NCBI GenBank assembly: GCA_963699985.1
Contig: CAVOVZ010000009.1
Location: 41,100 to 105,099 of the forward strand
DNA length: 64,000 bases
Direction: 5' to 3'
Source of the DNA: Terriglobia bacterium
GTDB lineage: Bacteria; Acidobacteriota; Polarisedimenticolia; Polarisedimenticolales; CAVOVZ01
Of the stretch, positions 53,765-61,700 are shown in pieces. The notes beneath the pieces were generated by a model. That model saw nothing but the letters and a program-made list of their open reading frames with translations. It was not told the origin of the DNA and did no database searches. A program made the translations under genes and the position numbers. How positions within the stretch are numbered: the stretch's first letter is position 1; every line of letters starts with the position of its first letter.

Positions 53765-56700
53765 GTGACCTTCTCGGGACGTCGAGGGTCGCTCGGGCGG
53801 CGAGGCGCCGGCGGATCGGAAGAGATCCCCAAGAAGATCGGCCGCTACGAGATCCGGCGATTCATCGGGGGCGGGGGGCAGGGTGTCGTCTACCTTGCCT
53901 ACGATCCGAATCTTGCCATCGAGGTAGCCGTCAAGGTCCTCCACCCGGACGACCGCACCGAGGAGTTCCTCGAGCGGTTCATGCTGGAAGGCAGGACCAC
54001 CGTGCGCCTCACCGCGGAAAACGTGGTGAGGGTCTATGACCTCGACCCGCAGTACCCGTACCTCGTGATGGAATTCTGCGCGGACGGCGACCTCGACTCC
54101 TATCTGCGCAGCCGCAAGCGGCGCCCGCTCGCGGAGATCCTGGGAATCACCCGAAGTGTCCTTCAGGCTCTCGTTGCGGCCCACGAGAACGAACCCCCAA
54201 TTTTGCACCGTGACCTGAAGCCCGGGAACGTCCTCTTCAAGAAAGACGTTCCGAAGGTGGCGGACTTCGGACTCGCAAAAATCCTCGGCGGGAACTCCGG
54301 CGGAGCCACGACCCGAGGTTGGAAGGGGACGGTCCGCTACATGTCGCCGGAGCAGCTCCGGGATCCGAAGAACGTCGATGCGCGCACCGACCTCTGGTCG
54401 CTCGGGGTCATGCTGTACGAGATGCTGGCCTGGGTGCGTCCATTCGACCAACCGGGCGACCTCTTCGTCAACGTCGCCGTCCGGATCCACACCGAGCCGC
54501 CTCGTCCGTTCCCGTACGCGCTTCCGGAGCCACTCCAGCATTTCCTGGAGAAGGCGCTCGCGAAGGTCCCGGACCAGCGTTTCCGGTCGGCCCGGGAGAT
54601 GACCGCCGGTTTGGACGACGTGCTGCGGGCGATCCCGGACGCCGATCGGATCCTCGTCCCCCCCGAGTCTTTCGTCGATGACGTGAGCCGAAAGGCTCTC
54701 GAAGTCTCCGCGTTGCTCGAATCGAACGACACCAACGTCAGGCTGCAGGCCTCGCACATCATTCGCGAAATGAAGCGGTTGGCGCCGGACGACTCGCTTC
54801 CCAAGTTCTGGGAGCGCCGGCTGCTCGCCCTAATGGGGGAGACCGCCACGACGTCCGGGAGTGGCGCGGATTCGCGGGACGACTGGATCCAGAAGCGCAT
54901 CGCGTCGGTCCGCTCGCTCCGGGACGGAAGACATTACCGGGAGGCCTTGCAACTCCTCTACGAGATCCTCCGCGACGATCCGGACAATTCCGTCGCTCTC
55001 GAGTGGGTGCAACGCATCAAGGAGGAGGAGAGGAGGTTCCGCGACGACATCGAACGCAGCCACCAAGATGCGGACCGGGCAAGAGAGCGAGGCGACCTGG
55101 TACGGGTCCGGGAGATCTGGCGGGCATTTCTGGAGCGCTACCCGAAGCTCGAAGAGGCCGAGGCGGAGTTCAAGATCGCTGAGCGCGAGCTGTTCCTGCA
55201 CGAGCAGCGGCGGGCCCGCGAACGGACGGGCGTGGACGCGGCGAGTCGCCTCGCGGCGGCAGATCTCGAGGGAGCGCTCGGGTGCTGGCGAACGTACCTC
55301 GCAGCCTACCCGGGGGACCCGGAGGGAGAGCGCGAGGCCGCCAGGATCGAGGCGAGGCTCAGGGAGAAGGAACTCGAAGCACACCTCGCCGCCCTCGAAG
55401 CGAGCATCCACGCGTTCCAGGAATCAGATCGGCTCGAGGACGCGATGGCGGCGTGCGACGAGTATCTCCGCGAGCGCCCGGGCAGTTCGGCAATCCTGAG
55501 CGCACGCGCCGCGATCGTCGCGCGAATCGAGGCCCGCGACACCGCCCGGAAATTCGAAGAGGCGTGCGCCGCTGCGGGCGCACGGCTCGAGCGACACGAC
55601 CATCGAGGGGTCGTCCGCATCTGGGAGGAGTTCCTCGCGGGTCATCCCGCCCACGGCGATGCGAAGCGACGGCTCGACGAAGCCCGCTCCGCGCTCGAGG
55701 CTCACGAGCGACGAGTTGTGTCGGAGGAGATCGCGGAACGGCTGGCGGCCCTCGAGGGACGACTCGAGAGCGGACGCTATCGGAGCGCCGCCGGCATCGA
55801 GACCGGCGTTCGCGGGGCGGTCGCTGCAGCCCGCAAAGCAAAGGAGGGCGATCTACCGGCGATGCACGACGCGCGCTCGATTCTCGTCGAGACCGAGGCC
55901 GAGGCCGAGAGTGCCATCACCGGTGAGATCGAGCGCTGGCGTTGGCTCGTTCGCGAGCGTCTTGCCGAGGCGAGACGGCAGCTCGGTGACGTCGCCGCCA
56001 GACCGGCGGCGGGGGTAGCTGCGGCTGGCTCGGACCGCGTCCGGGAGGCGATTCAGCAGGGCCTCGGCGCCCTCTGCGAGGTCTTCCCCGCGGGGCAGCC
56101 GGGGGATCCCCTGTCGAGGTTGCAACCGGCTGCGCGAACTCTCGAGGCGACGGTGAGCGCACTTCTCGGAAATCGTGATCGCGCCGTGGACGAGGCCCGA
56201 GCGCTCGCGCGGGACAGCGTGGAGGCTGCTCGTCGAGCAGTGGGTGCGCTCGAAAAAGTGGTCGGAGCGCGCGCCGACGAGGTCGGCGTCGGCGCGATGA
56301 TGGCGACTGTTCAGGGCCTGGCGACGGAGATCGAGGCGCCGGCTCCGGATCGACTGGGTGCGATACTGCAGCGGGCCGAAGCCGTGCGGGCCCAGGCGGA
56401 TTCCTCGCGACTGGCAGAGGCGGGACGGCTCGTCCGGGACGTTCAGCGCCTGCTCGATGACGCTGTGGCGGTGGTTCAGGTGACCGGGGAAACGGGCAGG
56501 ATCGGGGAGTTGGCGCGGAAAGCGGTGCGGTCGACCGCGCCGACGGGCGACGAGCCGCTGCCGGCGCTCGGAGAGCTCCTCGCGATCCGGGACGAGATGG
56601 CACGAGAGATCGAGAAAGCCCGGCGCACCGTCGACGAAACACTGTCGACCGCGAAGGAACGGTGGTTTCGCGCGATGAATGCGTGGAAGTCAGCCACCGC

Positions 56701-57619
56701 GGGGCGGGTGTCCGCGACCATCGTCGCGACGGGCCAGGAGATCGTTGCCCACGGCGAGGAATCGGCCTCGCGAGGGCGGGCCTCGGACTTGGACCGTGCG
56801 GCGTCACGCCTCGAGAGGCTGACGGACCGCTGCCGTCTCGACAGCGTTTTCGAGGAGCACCGGGAGCTGATCGAGGCGATCGAGGAGGCTTCGGGGGAGA
56901 ACGGAGTGTCCTCGCCAAATCTGCGCGTCGAGGGACGGGAGCAGCTCTCGCGCTACCGCGACGCGCTGGCCCGCGGCGATCTGGCGGGAATCCGAGCGAT
57001 CGCGCCGCTCCTCGAGAAGCTGCGGCCCGCGGAGGGGGACGGGGCGAGGCGTGGCCCGTCGCGCGCGGCGATCGCGATTCCGGAGCTGCACCCGTCGGAC
57101 AGGCGCTTCAACGAGCGCCACAACCCGGACGGCCTCAAAGCGCTCGACGATCTCGAGGCCCGGCTGCGCGGTGCCGAATCCCAGGGCCAGAGGGCCGAGG
57201 CTGCCAGGCTCGCGGCGGACCTCTTGCGCGCGCACCGGAGGCTCCTCCACCCCGACCCGGCGTGGAGACCGTACGTTCTGCCGGCGGCGGCCGTCTTGAT
57301 GGTCGCGGCCCTCGCCTGGAAGTTCCGTCCGACCGAGACGCTGCACTCCGTTTTCGTGGTCAGCTCGCGAGGCGAGGTGGAAGTCGGAAAGGTCACCCCG
57401 GGGATTCCGGAAGAGGGGCGTGCGAAAACGGTGGATGAGCGGGGGACGACGTGGACGGGGCTGAAGCGCGGCAGCTACCGGGTGGAGCTCGTCGACGGTG
57501 GAAGCGTTTCGTTCGTGGTGCCGAGGGACGGCGTGGTCGTTCTCCCTGCAGGCCCCGCGGACTGGCGAGAAGCGATTCAACATGCGTTGCAGGAATCGGC
57601 GTCGGTCGGGGAACGCTAG
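53765..57619 (+). CDS. Giant Ser/Thr protein kinase: N-terminal Hanks kinase, ~900-aa helical region, one TM helix, small extracytoplasmic beta module
   Basis: Kinase motifs GGGGQGVVYLA, VAVKVL, HRDLKPGNVLF, DFGLAK and YMSPEQ. TM helix VLPAAAVLMVAALAW. C-terminus GSYRVELVDGGSVSFVVPRDGVVVL. GTG at 53765 follows GGAGG; the track ORF start at 53603 is possible. Confidence 0.85.
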   Translation: MTFSGRRGSLGRRGAGGSEEIPKKIGRYEIRRFIGGGGQGVVYLAYDPNLAIEVAVKVLHPDDRTEEFLERFMLEGRTTVRLTAENVVRVYDLDPQYPYLVMEFCADGDLDSYLRSRKRRPLAEILGITRSVLQALVAAHENEPPILHRDLKPGNVLFKKDVPKVADFGLAKILGGNSGGATTRGWKGTVRYMSPEQLRDPKNVDARTDLWSLGVMLYEMLAWVRPFDQPGDLFVNVAVRIHTEPPRPFPYALPEPLQHFLEKALAKVPDQRFRSAREMTAGLDDVLRAIPDADRILVPPESFVDDVSRKALEVSALLESNDTNVRLQASHIIREMKRLAPDDSLPKFWERRLLALMGETATTSGSGADSRDDWIQKRIASVRSLRDGRHYREALQLLYEILRDDPDNSVALEWVQRIKEEERRFRDDIERSHQDADRARERGDLVRVREIWRAFLERYPKLEEAEAEFKIAERELFLHEQRRARERTGVDAASRLAAADLEGALGCWRTYLAAYPGDPEGEREAARIEARLREKELEAHLAALEASIHAFQESDRLEDAMAACDEYLRERPGSSAILSARAAIVARIEARDTARKFEEACAAAGARLERHDHRGVVRIWEEFLAGHPAHGDAKRRLDEARSALEAHERRVVSEEIAERLAALEGRLESGRYRSAAGIETGVRGAVAAARKAKEGDLPAMHDARSILVETEAEAESAITGEIERWRWLVRERLAEARRQLGDVAARPAAGVAAAGSDRVREAIQQGLGALCEVFPAGQPGDPLSRLQPAARTLEATVSALLGNRDRAVDEARALARDSVEAARRAVGALEKVVGARADEVGVGAMMATVQGLATEIEAPAPDRLGAILQRAEAVRAQADSSRLAEAGRLVRDVQRLLDDAVAVVQVTGETGRIGELARKAVRSTAPTGDEPLPALGELLAIRDEMAREIEKARRTVDETLSTAKERWFRAMNAWKSATAGRVSATIVATGQEIVAHGEESASRGRASDLDRAASRLERLTDRCRLDSVFEEHRELIEAIEEASGENGVSSPNLRVEGREQLSRYRDALARGDLAGIRAIAPLLEKLRPAEGDGARRGPSRAAIAIPELHPSDRRFNERHNPDGLKALDDLEARLRGAESQGQRAEAARLAADLLRAHRRLLHPDPAWRPYVLPAAAVLMVAALAWKFRPTETLHSVFVVSSRGEVEVGKVTPGIPEEGRAKTVDERGTTWTGLKRGSYRVELVDGGSVSFVVPRDGVVVLPAGPADWREAIQHALQESASVGER

Positions 57620-57684
57620 TGGAACGAAATTCGTCGTGGCGTCGGGTACAGCGGGTTAAACCGACGGTCAGCGGGGAGGGTGAC

Positions 57685-59217
57685 ATGAAGCGGCAACGAC
57701 GTGCATGGAGGGCGCTGCTCCTCGGTATCGTGATGGTGCTGATGCTGCCGACCGGAGCATGGGCTCTCACGGACGAGGAAATCTTCCGGGACTTCCGGTT
57801 CAATTTCGTCAATCCGGGAGCGCGCGCTCTCGGACTGGGAGGCGCGTTCGTGGCTGCTGGGGACGACGCGACCGCGGCGCAATCGAACCCCGCGGCGCTC
57901 TTCTACGTACCCCGGCCCGAGGTTTTCCTGGAGTATCGAAACACCCGATACGACACGGTGGTCTTTCAGGACCAGATCGGTGACTTGTCGAGGCCCGATC
58001 CTGACCTTCCGCCACCTGGGCTCCCGTTCCTCGACCTCGAAACCACGACGAAACGGGAGACGACGTCGATCCCCTCGTTCGTCAGCTTCGCGTATCCGTT
58101 CCGGATCGGATCCCGGAAGGCCACGTTTGCCTTGTCGAGGCAGGTCGTCCTGGACATCCGGAATTCCCTGTCCGACCCGGCGGGCGGGACCGGAACGGAC
58201 CTTCGAATCGGGCTCGAGTCGTTCGAGGATTGGCTGAATCCCGACACCGGAGAGGTCGAGTGGTACACGGTGAACAACCTCGTCACGGGCACGCTCGACT
58301 GCGAAATCGTTCACTACAACCTGGGACTGTCCCTCTCGCTCACCCAGGATTTCTCCATCGGCCTGACAGGAACCTACGCGTCGCTGGACATGAAGTCCGA
58401 CGTCACGAGCGTGAGCGATGATCCGCGCGGACTGCTGTACTCGGCACACCCCAGGCTCGTTACCGAGGATGGGGTGTTCGCGCCGATCCAGGTCGCCACC
58501 GGCATCGACGGCACCGACAACGGCTTCGCGTACGCCGTCGGCGTCCACTGGCACCCCGACAGCGTGTTTCCCGGCGCATTCTCGCCGCTCCGGTTCGGCT
58601 TCGTGTATCGAAGAGGTGCGGAGCTCTCCGTGACGGAGCAGCAATCCGAGCTGAGTCAGACGACCAATCTCTTCGAAGTGTCCGAGAGCTTCGACAACAT
58701 CGTTCGGGTGCCGGACCAGTTCGCTCTCGGCATGAGTTACGAGGCAGGTCGGCATTGGATGTTCACCGCAGAGGGGGAACGGATCCAGTACAGCGATCTG
58801 CTGAAAGGATTCCGGCCCGGAGTGAACTTCTTCACGAGCGGCCGGATTCCGAGCACTCTCCTTCCGATCGATCCATCGAAGCTCGTCTTCACCGTGGACG
58901 ACGCGACCGTGGTGCGCGGAGGTATCGAGTACTTCGTCCCGCTGAAGTCCCGTGCCTCGTTCGCGGTTCGTGCGGGCTTCTACAACGCTCCCGACAATCG
59001 GATCCGATTGACGGAGGTGAACAGCGGCGATCCCGAAATCGACCAGCTGTTCCTCAGTGTCTTTCGCGGCGGCGAGAGCCTGAATCACGTCACCGCGGGG
59101 TTTTCGGTCAACACGCCTTCGAACATCGGGCTGGCGTTCCAGGTCGCCGGGGACGTTTCGAAGGAGACCACCGAGATCGTCGTCTCCACGATCTGGCGGT
59201 TCGGGAAGACTCGCTGA
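57685..59217 (+). CDS. Outer-membrane beta-barrel protein, FadL/OMPP1/TodX-like
   Basis: ATG at 57685 after GGGGAGGG. Signal peptide ALLLGIVMVLMLPTGAWA. N-terminal NPGARALGLGGAFVAAGDDATAAQSNPAAL motif, alternating beta-strand pattern and an aromatic C-terminus (STIWRFGKTR). Confidence 0.7.
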   Translation: MKRQRRAWRALLLGIVMVLMLPTGAWALTDEEIFRDFRFNFVNPGARALGLGGAFVAAGDDATAAQSNPAALFYVPRPEVFLEYRNTRYDTVVFQDQIGDLSRPDPDLPPPGLPFLDLETTTKRETTSIPSFVSFAYPFRIGSRKATFALSRQVVLDIRNSLSDPAGGTGTDLRIGLESFEDWLNPDTGEVEWYTVNNLVTGTLDCEIVHYNLGLSLSLTQDFSIGLTGTYASLDMKSDVTSVSDDPRGLLYSAHPRLVTEDGVFAPIQVATGIDGTDNGFAYAVGVHWHPDSVFPGAFSPLRFGFVYRRGAELSVTEQQSELSQTTNLFEVSESFDNIVRVPDQFALGMSYEAGRHWMFTAEGERIQYSDLLKGFRPGVNFFTSGRIPSTLLPIDPSKLVFTVDDATVVRGGIEYFVPLKSRASFAVRAGFYNAPDNRIRLTEVNSGDPEIDQLFLSVFRGGESLNHVTAGFSVNTPSNIGLAFQVAGDVSKETTEIVVSTIWRFGKTR

Positions 59218-59219
59218 AG

Positions 59220-61685
59220 ATGGTACCTCGCTTCCAGCGGTCGAGGTCTACTCCTCGCCGGATCGCGGCGTGGGGAATCGCGCTGTGCCTGCTCGCCGTC
59301 TTCTCGAGCCGCACGAGGGCGGCGAATTGCTGGGACGTTCCGCCTGGACAGGAAGGAGCATTCATCGGAACCTACTGGGATGCGCACTACGAGTGGGCGA
59401 AGGACCAATTGACGGGAGGTGCGCCGAGCGGGGAGGATCTCGACAAAGTCATCGTGAGGCTTCGACTGGCCATCAAAGAGAACGACCATTCGAGCGCGAC
59501 CATGACGACGAAATCGAGAGACACGATCCAGTATTTCCCGTACTTCCTGCTCGCGAAGGCGCTCAGTCTCAAGAACGACGCCGACGGGGCGACGCAGTGC
59601 CTGGACAAGGAGTTCAAGTCCTCGGGGTTCGATCGCTCCAGCTTCTCCGAGGAAGCCAAGGTTCTTCGGACGACCCTCGAGGCGGCACGGTCGAAGAACG
59701 AGTTCATCCGGCTGGCTTCGGACGCGATCGAATGGGACAAAGGAGCCGGCGACGTCTTTCTTTCTCCGGAGGGCCGGAACGAGCTCGATGAGGTGCGAAA
59801 GCAGAAGACTAAGCTCGAAAACGCAACTTCGACCTCGAATGCGGTGCCGGTCATCGCCGAGCTCGAGTCCGCGCTGCAGGATCTCGTGAACGCCGAGCTC
59901 GGATGGCGGAATGGGCGCCTCGGAGAGCTTTCCAGGGTTCCGTGGAGGGTAGCGGCGAACCCGGAAGACTGTCCCTCATCCCAGGACGCGACCACGATCG
60001 AGGGCGCGAAGCGCGCCAAGACGGTACTGGAGAAATGCGCCAGGACCTTGAACGACGCGCAGAAGAGGGCAGCACAGGGGCTGTGCGACGGGTGGGAGCG
60101 CGAAAGGGATCGGATGAAGACCGACTGGAACCAGCTCCTCGAGGATGCCGGGGCGTTGGGGCAGACCGTCGAGCGAGCCGATCCTCCTGTCGAACCGAAA
60201 GAGTGCGGGGAGCTGCAAGGTGCCGAGGTCCGGTCCCCGTCGAGGATCAACGCGGCATTCGAGACGCTGCGGGACTCCCGTGAGAAGTACGACATCCAGC
60301 TGCAGAACATTCGTAGCAAGATCGAAAACGCAAAGGCAGACCTGGACAAGAAGGTGAACGGAGTGTACATCGCCGCCGCGGGCAAGATCCCCGACATTCG
60401 CCCCGATTGCGCGCGCGAGCTGCAGCTCGGGAAAGTCACAGAGGAGCTGGCAGAGCTGAAAAAGACGCTGCAGAGTCCGGCGGAGAACCGGCGCGACGGC
60501 CTCGATCGCGCCATGAGCGGCGTCGGTACGGGGACGGAAGAGCTGCGTCGACAGATTCATGAGGGTGTCCAGTCACTCGTGAAGGCGGAGGCCGAGTGCC
60601 CGGGAGTCGCGACGAACAACCTCCGGTCCCTCCCGGACCTGGAGGCTGCGTATTTGAAGGAAGGCGGACAGGAGCGTCTGAATCGTCTCTGCGATGCGAC
60701 GGTGGCTGCGGGAGGAGACATCAACGAGTACTGGAAAGGAAAATGCCGGGAGTTGCGGGACAAGGTCTCGGGGTACGTGAGTGTCCTCCAGGGCCTTCCG
60801 GGCGCGACCCAGGGAACGGTCGATCGGTTGCTCGACCGCACGAGCGGCGGGTTGCAGCAAGGGTTCGAGAAACTCAGGAGCTTGATGGCGAGCGCGGGGG
60901 AATGCGAGCGCGGTCCCAGCTGGATCACGAGCGCCAGGCAAGCGCTCGGCGATACCGCAACGGCGATCAAGGACGTGCGCCGGTACTGTGAGCAGGCTTG
61001 CTCCCAATTGCCCGACCGCTTGAAGCGGAACAAGGAAATCCTCGAGAAGCTCCCCGAAGGAGCCGGCGGAGCGGCGGGTCTTCCGAGCAGAGCCGAGCTC
61101 GACCGGGACATGTCAAGAATCGAAACCTGCGCGGTCCTGTACCCAGCGCCGCCGAGGACGCCGGACACCGGGGCGGAGTTCGTGCGAACTCTCTCGAAGC
61201 TGTCCTCGGAGATCCCATCACCCCTCCCTGCTTCCGTGCATGTTCCCGACCCGACGCTGATCGTTCGCGACATCGCAGCGTTGCCGGCGTTCGCGCAGGT
61301 GTGGAACCAGCTCGACCAGTGGGAGCCGGGGATCCGCGGGGCGTTGCCCACCTTCGCCCTCTCGGCGGCATACGAGAAATTCGGCCAGGGCAGCGTCGAC
61401 GACGCGATCCTCGAGCTTCGCCGGTCGCGAGCCCGGGGCGACCTGACCGACCTGCAGCAGAACGTGGCGTGGCTGAGCCACGCGGTGCTGTCCTACTTCC
61501 TGTTCGTGAAAGAACGTGCGATGGCTTCGGGCGAGGGCGGGACCGCCGTGACGGCGTTGCTCGCCAACGATGCTCGCAGAGAATGCGAGAAGGCTCGAGC
61601 GAAGGCTCCCGGGCTCAGGCTGGACGGGAAGCTCTTCAGCGAATCATTCATCCGGTACTACCAGGGTTGCTCCTCCGGAGACTGA
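59220..61685 (+). CDS. Hypothetical secreted Cys-rich helical protein
   Basis: ATG 2 nt after the OMP stop. Signal peptide AAWGIALCLLAVFSSRTRA. 16 Cys in the mature part. Lys/Glu-rich helical sequence. No family recognised. Confidence 0.65.
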   Translation: MVPRFQRSRSTPRRIAAWGIALCLLAVFSSRTRAANCWDVPPGQEGAFIGTYWDAHYEWAKDQLTGGAPSGEDLDKVIVRLRLAIKENDHSSATMTTKSRDTIQYFPYFLLAKALSLKNDADGATQCLDKEFKSSGFDRSSFSEEAKVLRTTLEAARSKNEFIRLASDAIEWDKGAGDVFLSPEGRNELDEVRKQKTKLENATSTSNAVPVIAELESALQDLVNAELGWRNGRLGELSRVPWRVAANPEDCPSSQDATTIEGAKRAKTVLEKCARTLNDAQKRAAQGLCDGWERERDRMKTDWNQLLEDAGALGQTVERADPPVEPKECGELQGAEVRSPSRINAAFETLRDSREKYDIQLQNIRSKIENAKADLDKKVNGVYIAAAGKIPDIRPDCARELQLGKVTEELAELKKTLQSPAENRRDGLDRAMSGVGTGTEELRRQIHEGVQSLVKAEAECPGVATNNLRSLPDLEAAYLKEGGQERLNRLCDATVAAGGDINEYWKGKCRELRDKVSGYVSVLQGLPGATQGTVDRLLDRTSGGLQQGFEKLRSLMASAGECERGPSWITSARQALGDTATAIKDVRRYCEQACSQLPDRLKRNKEILEKLPEGAGGAAGLPSRAELDRDMSRIETCAVLYPAPPRTPDTGAEFVRTLSKLSSEIPSPLPASVHVPDPTLIVRDIAALPAFAQVWNQLDQWEPGIRGALPTFALSAAYEKFGQGSVDDAILELRRSRARGDLTDLQQNVAWLSHAVLSYFLFVKERAMASGEGGTAVTALLANDARRECEKARAKAPGLRLDGKLFSESFIRYYQGCSSGD

Positions 61686-61700
61686 CAGAGGGGGTTGGCC

